Shown: positions 40,767-50,006, numbered from the stretch's first letter. The stretch is DNA of 64,000 nucleotides from Phycisphaeraceae bacterium (GCA_963674705.1 OY771506.1:5120001-5184000); one strand, 5' to 3'. The notes: generated by a model from the sequence alone, not told the origin. Numbers and translations are program-made.

Positions 40767-41348
40767 TTGACCGCCATCGAAGCCATCGCGACCGTGGCCG
40801 GACTCATCTGTGTACTGCTGACCATACGCCAGAACATCTGGTGCTGGCCCGTCGGGCTATTGATGGTCGTGCTGTACATCTACATCTTCTATCAGGCCCG
40901 GCTCTATTCTGATATGGGCCTGCAAGTCATATATGTCTTCCTACAGTTCTACGGCTGGTACCAATGGCTGCACGGCGGTAAGGACCACAGCAAACTGAAC
41001 GTCCGAAGGATATCACCGCCAATGGGCATCGCATGGATCATTACAGGCATTGCCGGCACCTTTGTGCTCGGTTACGTCATGGCACGATACACCGACGCCA
41101 GCCTGCCCTATTGGGACGCCGCCACCACCGTCCTCAGTCTGATCGCGCAGTACCTCATGGCCAAAAAACTGCTTGAAAGCTGGGCGTTCTGGATCGTTGT
41201 CGACGTGATGGCGGTCGGAATCTATCTGGCAAAATCCCTCTACCTGACTTCCGGTCTGTATGCTGTATTCCTCGGTCTGGCGATCACAGGATTCTTCGCG
41301 TGGCACAAGAGCATGAAACAACCAGAGCCCGAGGCGGCAGCGGCCTGA
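40767..41348 (+). CDS. pnuC: Nicotinamide riboside transporter PnuC
   Basis: Multi-TM, YGWYQW, PYWDAATTVLSLIAQYLMAKKLLESWAFWIVVD; adjacent to a NadR-like gene. Confidence 0.93.
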   Translation: MTAIEAIATVAGLICVLLTIRQNIWCWPVGLLMVVLYIYIFYQARLYSDMGLQVIYVFLQFYGWYQWLHGGKDHSKLNVRRISPPMGIAWIITGIAGTFVLGYVMARYTDASLPYWDAATTVLSLIAQYLMAKKLLESWAFWIVVDVMAVGIYLAKSLYLTSGLYAVFLGLAITGFFAWHKSMKQPEPEAAAA

Positions 41349-42337
41349 TCCTCGGCAAGTTCATGCCGCCACACCGCGGCCACCTCTTCCTTGTCGACTT
41401 CGCACGTCACTATGTCGACAAACTCACGGTCCTGGTCTGCTCAATCGAACGTGAACCTATACCGGGCGAATTACGTTACCAGTGGATGTGGCAGCTATGC
41501 CCTTATGACAACGTCGAACTCATCCACATCACAGACGAATTGCCGCAGGAGCCCGAAGAACACCTCGACTTCTGGCAACTCTGGCACGACACCATACGAC
41601 GCACCATCCCGACCGGCCCCGACTACGTCTTTGCCTCCGAAGACTACGGCTGGAAGCTTGCTGAGGTACTAAGCTCAAAGTACATCCCCGTCGATCACGC
41701 AAGACAGATCGTTCCCGTCTCCGGCACAATGATCCGAAACGACCCGATGCGCTACTGGGAAGCAATGCCCGAATGCGTCCGCCCCTACTTCCTCAAACGC
41801 GTCTGCATCTTCGGCCCGGAATCAACCGGCAAAAGCACACTCACCCAACAGCTTGCACAGCACTTCAATACCGCTTACGCGTGGGAGTACGCCCGCCCCC
41901 TGCTCAACTTCAACAACGGCGCATGCACACCCGAGCACATCCCACAAATCGTACGTGGGCAGATCGCCACCGAAGAATCGCTTGCCACGCAAGCCAACCG
42001 TGTGCTCTTTTGCGATACGGACGTACTCACGACCACTATCTGGAGCGACATCCTCTTCGGCAACTGCCCGCAATGGATTATCGATGAAGCCGATCGGCGA
42101 ACCTACGACCTCACATTATTGCTCGACATCGACGTTCCCTGGGTAGACGACAACCAACGCTTCTTCAAAGAAAACGAACAACGGCAAGCTTTCTTCGAAA
42201 GGTGCAGACAGGCACTGGAAACCCGTGGTCGTCCTTACGTCATGATCCACGGGGATTGGAACGAGCGCAAGAAACAAGCGATCCAAGCGGTCGAGTCACT
42301 TATCGCAAATGCCAATACTCACACAACCGGGCGTTAA
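41300..42337 (+). CDS. nadR: NadR-like NMN adenylyltransferase / ribosylnicotinamide kinase, no HTH domain
   Basis: GKFMPPHRGH, SGTMIR, GPESTGKST, EYAR, FCDTD, DVPWVDD motifs; overlaps the pnuC 3' end. Confidence 0.9.
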   Translation: MAQEHETTRARGGSGLILGKFMPPHRGHLFLVDFARHYVDKLTVLVCSIEREPIPGELRYQWMWQLCPYDNVELIHITDELPQEPEEHLDFWQLWHDTIRRTIPTGPDYVFASEDYGWKLAEVLSSKYIPVDHARQIVPVSGTMIRNDPMRYWEAMPECVRPYFLKRVCIFGPESTGKSTLTQQLAQHFNTAYAWEYARPLLNFNNGACTPEHIPQIVRGQIATEESLATQANRVLFCDTDVLTTTIWSDILFGNCPQWIIDEADRRTYDLTLLLDIDVPWVDDNQRFFKENEQRQAFFERCRQALETRGRPYVMIHGDWNERKKQAIQAVESLIANANTHTTGR

Positions 42338-42443
42338 CCTTGTTAACCCATAAAAAGAACCACTTTCTTGCACAAGAAAGGCGTGAAATCAAACCACAGC
42401 AGCCTATGATAAGGATAAACGCCTACTGACTTGGAGAAGTGTC

Positions 42444-43973
42444 ATGCCGTGTAGATGCCTGCTGTGGTTGATTGTTCTTATCATTGCAGCGCCCGCCACA
42501 AACTACGCCCAATCCCCGCCGGACCCGGACTACGTGCGCGGCACGGTTTACGCGAGTTACGCCGACTTCAAGATCGACCTCAACAACATCGCCGCTATGC
42601 CCGCAGGCGCCGCGCGCGAAACGGCTTTCGATGACTTTTTCAATACCCTCGAAGCCGTCGGCCAGGTGCCCTACGCACAAGGCAACCAGGTCGCTTTCCT
42701 CTATAGAAGTTCAAGCGCCTCCAGCGTTTCGTTCCCGGGCGATCACACCGGCTGGAGCGCATCATCGTCATCCGCCGTCGCAACAGAACTCGGCGACACC
42801 GGCGTGTGGATTAAAGAACTCACTTACCCAACCGATGCACGCCTCGACTACAAGATCGTCACCAACGGCAGCAACTGGATACTCGATCCAAAGAACCCGC
42901 TTCAACAATGGGGCGGCTTCGGGCCCAACAACGAACTTCGCATGCCGGATTATGTCTTTGCCCAGGAAACCGTCCGTCACACGGGTGTCCCGATGGGCAC
43001 GCTCACCTCCAACATCCGCACCACCAGCACGAACCTCGGCTACGACGTCAACTACCGTGTCTATACCCCCGCGGGCTACGACACAAACAGCCTGCACAAC
43101 CTGCCCGTGGTCTACATCACCGACGGCCACGAGTTCGCTGCCGACTACCTCGGTTCGGTCACAGTCACGCTCGATAACATCATCGACTCGGGCGAACTGC
43201 AACCCACGATCGCGGTGTTCATCGATCCGCGCGATCCGGATACGGGTACAAACCGTCGAGCCAGCGAATACACCGGCAACCTTGACTTCGCCAACTTCGT
43301 CGCCGATGAACTGGTCGCCGAGGTGGACGCCGCGTACCGCACGAATCCGACGCCGACCGGCCGCACGATCCTCGGCACGTCCTACGGCGGTGTGAATTCG
43401 GCCTACTTCGGCCTCACCCAGTACGACACATTCGAAAACATCGCTCCACTCTCGCCATCGAACTTCCCCAGCATTTACAACAACTACATCTCCGCCGGAC
43501 TGCAGGACGAACTGGACTTCTACCTGACCTATGGCACGATCGGTGACGGCAGCGGCGGCCCTAACCTCTACAACATCCTTTCATCCAACGGCTACAACGT
43601 CACACGCAAAACGGCCAATGAAGGACATTCCTGGGGAAACTGGCGCGCCCAGATCAAAGACATCCTCACCGGCCTGATCGGCGCACCACTACCCGGCGAC
43701 CTCAACTTCGACGGCTTCGTCGGCCTGGACGACCTGGACCTCATTCTCAGCAATTGGAATCAAACCGTCACCCCGGGCGACACCTTCATAGGCGACCCAT
43801 CCGGTGACGGCTTCGTCGGCCTTGACGATCTGGATATCGTTCTGAACAACTGGAACGCCGGCACGCCACCCATTAACGATGCACAATCAGTACCCGAATC
43901 CACGACCCTATTACTCATCCTGCCTTTCACATTCAGACTAATCTACCGTCCCCAAAAGCCGCTTGCGGCTTAG
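42444..43973 (+). CDS. Secreted Fes/IroD-like alpha/beta hydrolase with paired dockerin-like module and PEP-CTERM-like tail
   Basis: Signal peptide, RLDYKIV..WILDPKNP, VYTPAGY, GTSYGG nucleophile elbow, EGHSWGNW, dockerin pair, VPES plus hydrophobic tail. Confidence 0.9.
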   Translation: MPCRCLLWLIVLIIAAPATNYAQSPPDPDYVRGTVYASYADFKIDLNNIAAMPAGAARETAFDDFFNTLEAVGQVPYAQGNQVAFLYRSSSASSVSFPGDHTGWSASSSSAVATELGDTGVWIKELTYPTDARLDYKIVTNGSNWILDPKNPLQQWGGFGPNNELRMPDYVFAQETVRHTGVPMGTLTSNIRTTSTNLGYDVNYRVYTPAGYDTNSLHNLPVVYITDGHEFAADYLGSVTVTLDNIIDSGELQPTIAVFIDPRDPDTGTNRRASEYTGNLDFANFVADELVAEVDAAYRTNPTPTGRTILGTSYGGVNSAYFGLTQYDTFENIAPLSPSNFPSIYNNYISAGLQDELDFYLTYGTIGDGSGGPNLYNILSSNGYNVTRKTANEGHSWGNWRAQIKDILTGLIGAPLPGDLNFDGFVGLDDLDLILSNWNQTVTPGDTFIGDPSGDGFVGLDDLDIVLNNWNAGTPPINDAQSVPESTTLLLILPFTFRLIYRPQKPLAA

Positions 43974-43978
43974 CGCTT
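43956..43978 (-). repeat. Dispersed REP-like 23-mer, copy 2
   Basis: Reverse complement AAGCGCTAAGCCGCAAGCGGCTT; contains the hairpin AAGCCGC-TT-GCGGCTT and the esterase stop codon. Confidence 0.7.
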
Positions 43979-44106
43979 TTCCACTCACATATTCGTCATT
44001 GCCAGCTCATCTAATCCCACGCCAGCTATCTCCTCGGTGATGCAAGTTTTCGAGCCACCGGCATCTCTACGTAAATGCTGTTGAATGCCTATCGCAGCGC
44101 ACCCAA

Positions 44107-44529
44107 TCAATCCATTACAAGCATAACTAGCACGTAGATCGTGCCGAAGATGGCGAGCGCGAGTCCATAAGTGACCAATGTCACGAGTATGGCCCGTCCG
44201 TACTTCAGCGATAAACCCATGCTTATCACACCGGCCGCAGCCGGCAGACCTAGACCCAGTGACACGGGTAAAATGATGGCTAAAAGCACCCCCATCCCCG
44301 GGTCCCAATCCAACGCCGCTGAGAGAGCACCGAGAAACAGGCCTCCGATGATTACGAGTGTGCCGATGATCAGGTGGTTCACAAAATAAAGCCCGTATGC
44401 GGTTCCATACGGGACATCTTTCTTGGCAACCCATTCCGCAGCCGCACGGAGGAATACCGCTCCGATGAGTGATCCAACAGCCGCACGCAGTAACATCTTC
44501 CCGAAAAGACCGACAAAAACCTCAATCAT
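44107..44529 (-). CDS. Hypothetical integral membrane protein
   Basis: 140 aa with about 4 hydrophobic helices. Confidence 0.75.
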   Translation of the reverse strand: MIEVFVGLFGKMLLRAAVGSLIGAVFLRAAAEWVAKKDVPYGTAYGLYFVNHLIIGTLVIIGGLFLGALSAALDWDPGMGVLLAIILPVSLGLGLPAAAGVISMGLSLKYGRAILVTLVTYGLALAIFGTIYVLVMLVMD

Positions 44530-44639
44530 GCAGCAATACCCCTGGTAAGAAGTTTAGAAAACTGATGCCTCTATATAGAGGATGTGAATTCTGATGTAAA
44601 CTAAAAATGAAAGCTTGATGAAAAAGATACGGTAAGCAG

Positions 44640-45518
44640 TCATCCCACCACTTTCGCCATCGCTTGGGTGCCCAGCTTCCCGCCGCCCTGTTTTGCAACC
44701 GTCTTGAATTTGCCCTGTGCTAATTCCGTCGCTTCCAGGTCGATACCCAAACGCCGCGCAACGTCTTGCAGTATCCCAAGGTCTTTGAGCACCATATTGA
44801 CCGCAAAACCCGGTGCGAAATCGCCGGCCAGGATCTTCGGCCCGAGATTCGATAACTGCCAGCTCCCGCCTGCGCCGCTGCCTAACACTTCGATCATCTT
44901 ATGAGCATCGAGTCCACACTCGCGCGCTAACAGCAACGCTTCACAAACCCCCATCAGGTTGCACACGACGGTGATCTGGTTGCACGCCTTACACGTCTGG
45001 CCGGTGCCGGATTCGCCGAGGTGCACGATGTTCTTGCCCACCGCTTCAAAGACAGGCATCGCACGCTGCACTGCCTCGGCCTTCCCGCCGATCATGATGC
45101 TCAGCGTCCCCGCCTGCGCCCCGACATCACCGCCCGAAACCGGCGCATCCAGCAGCGTCACGCCTTGCCTTGCCAACCTCGATGCAAAGTCTTTCGTCGC
45201 GACCGCGCTGATCGTCGAGTGATCGATCACGATCAGCCCATCCTTCGCGCCGTGTGCAACACCCTGCTCCCCAAACAAGACCGCCTTGACGTCCGGCGTA
45301 TCCGTCACGTTCACGCAGATCACATCAGGCCCGGCCGCCGCCATCGCCGCGGGCGAATCCGCGACCTTCGCGCCAAGCTTCACAAACGCATCGCACTTTT
45401 CCGGGCTGCGATTCCAGACCGTGACATCAAACCCGGCCTTGATCAGGTTCGCCGTCATCGCCCGACCCATAATCCCAAGCCCGATATAACCGATTGTCTT
45501 GATAGCTGCTGTATTCAA
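44640..45518 (-). CDS. Beta-hydroxyacid dehydrogenase (3-hydroxyisobutyrate / tartronate semialdehyde reductase family)
   Basis: IGYIGLGIMG, WNRS, DAPVSGG, KACNQ, F.PGF....LKDL. Likely start TTG 45518. Confidence 0.92.
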   Translation of the reverse strand: MNTAAIKTIGYIGLGIMGRAMTANLIKAGFDVTVWNRSPEKCDAFVKLGAKVADSPAAMAAAGPDVICVNVTDTPDVKAVLFGEQGVAHGAKDGLIVIDHSTISAVATKDFASRLARQGVTLLDAPVSGGDVGAQAGTLSIMIGGKAEAVQRAMPVFEAVGKNIVHLGESGTGQTCKACNQITVVCNLMGVCEALLLARECGLDAHKMIEVLGSGAGGSWQLSNLGPKILAGDFAPGFAVNMVLKDLGILQDVARRLGIDLEATELAQGKFKTVAKQGGGKLGTQAMAKVVG

Positions 45519-45551
45519 CTTTAATTCGCCTCGATAAATGCAAAAGAATCT

Positions 45552-45676
45552 GCCACGAAAAAGCGCAAAATACACAAAAAAGAAGAAGCAGGTGGCGTTC
45601 TTGGGTATTCAATATATTGGGAAACCAAGTGATTCAAAACACCAGCCCTTTTGTGTCTTCTGTGCCTTTTCGTGGC
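45552..45676. repeat. Inverted-repeat element with 9-nt periodic arms
   Basis: Arms 45552-45579 and 45649-45676 are complementary at 24/28; units CCACGAAAA/AGCGCAAAA/TACACAAAA. Confidence 0.85.
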
Positions 45677-46158
45677 TAACAAATCTGCCTTGGTACTTCC
45701 TTATGCTTGCGCACGAGATAGATGTTTTCGATGCGCAGTTCCTTGTCAATCGCTTTGGCCATGTCGTACAACGTCAGGCAGGCAACACTCACCGCTGTCA
45801 GCGCTTCCATCTCGATACCTGTTTTCGCAGTGATCGAGGCGCTTGCGGTCACGCGCAGCCGGTCTTCTGCCGTGCGTTCAAAGTCGACCTGCACGTGATC
45901 CAATGGCAGCGGATGGCACAACGGGATCAACTCCCCGCACTTCTTCGCCGCCATCACCCCCGCGACGCGCGCCACCGCCAGCGCCTCACCTTTGGGTAAT
46001 GGATCACTTCCGGGCACGTTCATCAACCGATCAAGCGTGTCCGGACAAGCGACAAACTCCCCCGCCGCCAAAGCCGACCGCTTCACCGCCGGCTTATCCC
46101 CCACATCCACCATCCGCGCCCGCCCCGCCTCATCCAGATGACTCAGGTCTTTGCTCAT
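45676..46158 (-). CDS. moaC: Cyclic pyranopterin monophosphate synthase MoaC
   Basis: LSHLD..GRARMVDV..K, KGEAL, LIPLCHPL, TGIEMEALT, YDMAKA. Confidence 0.97.
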   Translation of the reverse strand: MSKDLSHLDEAGRARMVDVGDKPAVKRSALAAGEFVACPDTLDRLMNVPGSDPLPKGEALAVARVAGVMAAKKCGELIPLCHPLPLDHVQVDFERTAEDRLRVTASASITAKTGIEMEALTAVSVACLTLYDMAKAIDKELRIENIYLVRKHKEVPRQIC

Positions 46159-46184
46159 GGGTTTATTCTACGGGAAGACGGGAA

Positions 46185-46384
46185 TGGAACAGGGATGAAC
46201 ACAGATGGACACGGATATATGACGAATAAGAGGTGTTAACCGCAGATTGCGCAGATTTGGATTCATGTATTCTTGTTTTTAAATCTGCGCCATCTGCGGG
46301 CTAACCCTCCTATCTGTGTTCATCCGTGTCCATCCCTGTTCCACCTCTTTCCCCTCTGTGTCCTCTGCGTCCTCTGCGGTGAAA
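46185..46384. repeat. Nested inverted-repeat elements with 10-nt and 9-nt periodic arms plus an orphan arm
   Basis: Outer arms 46185-46217 / 46311-46343 (29/33), inner arms 46240-46258 / 46281-46299 (18/19), then about three CCTCTGYGT units ending GGTGA. Confidence 0.9.
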
Positions 46385-46391
46385 ATTCTTA

Positions 46392-46434
46392 TTGACTTTC
46401 ACCCCGCTGCCCGATACTATGTAATACATAGTAT
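46392..46434 (+). promoter_or_regulatory. Sigma70-type promoter with overlapping palindromic operator (probable PadR site)
   Basis: TTGACT(46392)-N17-TACTAT(46415). Perfect inverted repeat ATACTATGTA-A-TACATAGTAT at 46414-46434. Confidence 0.8.
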
Positions 46435-46458
46435 GTGTCACACGAAAGGTGGTTCGCC

Positions 46459-46803
46459 ATGAAAATCGAGCGGGAACTGATGCGGGGCGCCGGGCCGGTC
46501 GCTGTCCTCAAACTCCTGGAACGCGGGGAAATGTACGGCTACGAGATCGTCAAGGCCCTCGATCAACGCAGCGAAGGCGTCCTGGCGATGGGCCAATCCA
46601 CCCTCTACCCCATGCTCTACAACCTTGAAGCCAAGGGCTTGATCCAGAGCCGGATGGACGCCGCCGACAACGGCCGACCCCGCAAGTACTACCAACTCAC
46701 CGGCAAAGGCAAAAAACGCCTCGCCCACGACACCCAGCAGTGGCAGGCCGTCACCGCCGCCATGAACGCGCTGGGCGTCACCCAATGCATCCAGGGGGCA
46801 TAA
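46459..46803 (+). CDS. PadR family transcriptional regulator
   Basis: LKLL...EMYGYEI, STLYPMLYNLEAKGLI, RPRKYYQLTGKGK. ATG 46459 with AAGGTGG RBS. Confidence 0.95.
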   Translation: MKIERELMRGAGPVAVLKLLERGEMYGYEIVKALDQRSEGVLAMGQSTLYPMLYNLEAKGLIQSRMDAADNGRPRKYYQLTGKGKKRLAHDTQQWQAVTAAMNALGVTQCIQGA

Positions 46804-46805
46804 CC

Positions 46806-48770
46806 ATGACGACCGCCACACTCAAACGCAGGCTTTTCAAAACCCCCATGCGCGACCTGATCCGCGGCCGCGTCACCGGCAGGCTGGACATCGATGCGCT
46901 GCTCGAAGATTCAGACCTGCCCAAAAACGCCGCCGACAAAGTCCGCCGCGTCGTCAAACGCACGCGACTGTGGCGTCTGGAAAAAGTAGATGTCGCCAAC
47001 GAACTGATCGCCCACTTCCAGGACGGCCTCGAAGCAGAAACCCCCATAGAAGAACTGCTCAAATCCTTCGGCAACGAAAAACAAACCGCCAAACTCATCC
47101 GCCGCGCCAAAAAACGCCAACGCCCTCTCGCCTGGCACATCTTCGCATGGGCGAGGCTGACAGTTGTCTGTTTCCTTGGGTTCTACATCGTCTCAGCGCT
47201 CTACCTGCTTACAGGTTCGCCTTCGGTCAAGACCGATTACGTTGCCGTCATCAACAAACAGGCCAACCAGATTCCCGAAGACCAAGCCGCGTGGCCGTTG
47301 TATCGGCAAGCCATGCTGGAGTTGAATCTCTGGCAGGAGCGTGAATGGGACACGCCGATCCCGTATTTCGCCGAGTTGCCTGAACCCGAGCGCGAAGATA
47401 TTGATCCCAGTTACTATGAACCGCCGTACGTCATGGATCAGATGACAAGGCTTTTTTACTCCCTGCATCCGAATGATCCGGGCTGGGACCAGACCGTGCA
47501 ATTCCTGCGTGAACATGCGCAATCCATTAGCCTGATCCGAGAAGCAACGGACAAGACCGGCTTTGGGCTCAAAATAGGATTCGCAAGTGATTATTCTTCC
47601 GAGGACCTTGAAGCGTGCAACTATCATCCGGAACCCGAAACACTTGCTGCCATGACGGACAAGACGTTTCGAGATCCGGAACGGGCGTTAATTGGCATAG
47701 CGATCCCTCATCTTTCGCGGATACGTGACATAGCTCGTCTGCTTTGCGCCGATGCATTGCGTGCTGCCGAAGCAGGCGACGCCGATACCGCGATACGGGA
47801 TGTCATCGCAATACAACGACTCAGCAAACAAGCGGAAGAACAACCACTGCTTTTTAATGGTCTTGTGGGCATCTCAGCGCGAACCCTCGGCTTTGAAACG
47901 ATCCAAGACATCCTCATCAACTATCCTGACCTTTTGACACAGCAGCAACTCCGCGACCTCGCCCATGTACTAGCATCCACACAGATCGATCACGAACCGT
48001 GGTACAACGGCGAGCGATTCTGGTTCTACGACTTCCTTCAACGCACCTATACTGATGATGGTGAAGGTGGTGGTTACATCACGAAAAAAGGGATCGAAGA
48101 CCTGAAGTCGTATGACAGCGGTGACTCACCTTTCAACCGATATGATGGACCCTTCACAGGCGCGCTGATCACAGCAAGTTTGCCGGCCGCCGCAATCTTG
48201 ATTGCTCCACGCGAAGAGATGCGCTGTGTATACGATGACTTCATCGATCAGGCTATCCTCGATTCAAACAAACCGCTGTGGGAGTATGATTACAAAGATG
48301 GTCTGCACGCAAAGTATGACCAACTTATGTCTTCATCGGGTAATAGGCTACGTTATCTACCGCTTGACGTATTCATGCCAGCCTTGTCTGCAGTGAATAA
48401 GACTATCCATAGATATTACGGCTCACGCGACGGCATCCTGATCGGGATCGCGCTTACCCTTTACCAGCAAGAGCACGGCAATTGGCCCGATTCACTCGAC
48501 GATCTATCCCCCACTTATCTCCCAAGTGTGCCGATCGATCGCTTGACCGGAAAACCGCTTCACTACCGCATCACCGATGAAGGCCCATTGGTCTACAGCG
48601 TCGGCGTGGATGGAGATGACGATGCGGGACGGGTACCTGTAGACACTGACGGGAAGGTAAACAATGGTATGGCTTCACCCACACAATTAAATGGGCCCCT
48701 GTCGGATCGGTTGGCAGACCCAAATTGCGATGGCGACTGGGTGCTCTGGCCTCAGCCTCATAAGCAATAA
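46806..48770 (+). CDS. Membrane-anchored protein: HAAS-like N-terminus, one TM, large extracytoplasmic region ending in a GspG-like segment
   Basis: EKVDVANELIAHFQD...LLKSFGNEKQTAKLI N-domain; C-terminal LYQQEHGNWPDSLDDL...YSVGVDGDDD; starts 3 nt after the padR stop. Confidence 0.8.
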   Translation: MTTATLKRRLFKTPMRDLIRGRVTGRLDIDALLEDSDLPKNAADKVRRVVKRTRLWRLEKVDVANELIAHFQDGLEAETPIEELLKSFGNEKQTAKLIRRAKKRQRPLAWHIFAWARLTVVCFLGFYIVSALYLLTGSPSVKTDYVAVINKQANQIPEDQAAWPLYRQAMLELNLWQEREWDTPIPYFAELPEPEREDIDPSYYEPPYVMDQMTRLFYSLHPNDPGWDQTVQFLREHAQSISLIREATDKTGFGLKIGFASDYSSEDLEACNYHPEPETLAAMTDKTFRDPERALIGIAIPHLSRIRDIARLLCADALRAAEAGDADTAIRDVIAIQRLSKQAEEQPLLFNGLVGISARTLGFETIQDILINYPDLLTQQQLRDLAHVLASTQIDHEPWYNGERFWFYDFLQRTYTDDGEGGGYITKKGIEDLKSYDSGDSPFNRYDGPFTGALITASLPAAAILIAPREEMRCVYDDFIDQAILDSNKPLWEYDYKDGLHAKYDQLMSSSGNRLRYLPLDVFMPALSAVNKTIHRYYGSRDGILIGIALTLYQQEHGNWPDSLDDLSPTYLPSVPIDRLTGKPLHYRITDEGPLVYSVGVDGDDDAGRVPVDTDGKVNNGMASPTQLNGPLSDRLADPNCDGDWVLWPQPHKQ

Positions 48771-48796
48771 ATACGCCGCACACCCTTCGCCATACA

Positions 48797-48912
48797 GAGC
48801 CGCGTCGCCCTCGACGCGGTCCGCCGTGGGGGCACGGCGGCTCGGATAATAAAATGCTACGTCTCTACATCGCCCTCGACGCGGCTCGGATAAGTGGAAT
48901 CGCCACGTCTCT
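48797..48912. repeat. Cluster of REP-like hairpins and short direct repeats
   Basis: Hairpins CCGCGTCG-CCCT-CGACGCGG (48800-48819) and CCGCCGTG-GGGG-CACGGCGG (48821-48840); TCGCCCTCGACGCGG, GCGGCTCGGATAA and ACGTCTCT each occur twice. Confidence 0.7.
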
Positions 48913-48959
48913 TCTTCGCTCCCTGACGCGATCCGCCCCGGTCGATTACAATCTCCGGC

Positions 48960-49442
48960 ATGAAGCCCACCCCCCCGCTGCTGCTTGTGATCGGCTGCCT
49001 GATGTCGGTCGGCTGCGTCCAACGCACGATCTCCATTACCAGCGAACCCACCGGGGCGCTGGTCTATCTCAATGACCGTGAGGTCGGGCACACGCCGGTG
49101 ACTGTGCCGTTCACGTTCTATGGGATCTACGACGTCCGCATGGAGGCCGACGGTTATAAACCACTGTGGACACAGCAAAAAGCTAAGGCCCCATGGTGGG
49201 AGACCCCCGGAATTGACCTCTTTGCGGAGGCGGTGCCCAACGGTAAGGCGGAGCTGCACTGGCACTTTGCCATGGAAACCCAGCCCTCGGCTGAAGAGAC
49301 TGATGTCGACATGCTGATCGACCACGCCAGGCAACTGCGGGCGGCCACCGTGGATCAGGAACCTGCCAACACGGCGGAACAACCCCCGGAACAAACCCCG
49401 GAACAAACCCCGGAACAAACCCCGGAGCAAGCCCCAGAATAA
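48960..49442 (+). CDS. PEGA domain lipoprotein
   Basis: Lipobox-like SVGC, ITSEPTGALVYLNDREVGHTP PEGA motif, C-terminal PEQT repeats. Confidence 0.88.
   Translation: MKPTPPLLLVIGCLMSVGCVQRTISITSEPTGALVYLNDREVGHTPVTVPFTFYGIYDVRMEADGYKPLWTQQKAKAPWWETPGIDLFAEAVPNGKAELHWHFAMETQPSAEETDVDMLIDHARQLRAATVDQEPANTAEQPPEQTPEQTPEQTPEQAPE
49377..49436 (+). repeat. Coding 12-bp tandem repeat, 5 copies (EQxP)
   Basis: GAACAAACCCCG three times exactly, flanked by two variant units. Confidence 0.9.
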
Positions 49443-49491
49443 ATCTACCCTCAGCCCCCGGCCTATCCGGCGGACAATCCCATACAAAGCC

Positions 49492-49950
49492 ATGCACGAG
49501 CCGATTAAGTACCATCAAAACCCCACCCCCGCCCCCGGAAGCTCCCCGGCCCCGGAAGGTGACCCCGAAGCCACGCCCGGCGCGATCGGCGACAGTGCGC
49601 CCGTCACCAAAGTCCGTCCCACGCACATCGACCTGCAAAAGGACAAGCAACTGACCATCCGCTGGTCCGACGGCCACGAATCGGTCTATTCGATCGGCCT
49701 GTTACGTAAGCTTTCGCCCTCGGCAGACGCCCGCGAGTTACGAAAGGAAATGGATCGCAATCCCCTGACCGTCCTGCCCTCGGGGCACGGCAGCCACGGT
49801 CCGTTAACCGCTCTAGGTGTTGAAATGGTCGGCAATTATGCAATACGCATCAACTTCTCCGACGGCCACAACACCGGCATCTACACCTGGCACTACCTAA
49901 GACACATTGATCCCAATGACCCGGATCGCGTAATCGATCAGGACGGTTGA
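49492..49950 (+). CDS. DUF971 / gamma-butyrobetaine hydroxylase N-terminal-like protein
   Basis: LTIRWSDGH, LRKLSPSA, VGNYAIRINFSDGHNTGIYTWHYLR. Confidence 0.9.
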   Translation: MHEPIKYHQNPTPAPGSSPAPEGDPEATPGAIGDSAPVTKVRPTHIDLQKDKQLTIRWSDGHESVYSIGLLRKLSPSADARELRKEMDRNPLTVLPSGHGSHGPLTALGVEMVGNYAIRINFSDGHNTGIYTWHYLRHIDPNDPDRVIDQDG

Positions 49951-50006
49951 CGTCACTACCCATCCCCTATAAAAACTCTAACGTATTTTTAACATAAGGC
50001 CCCACC

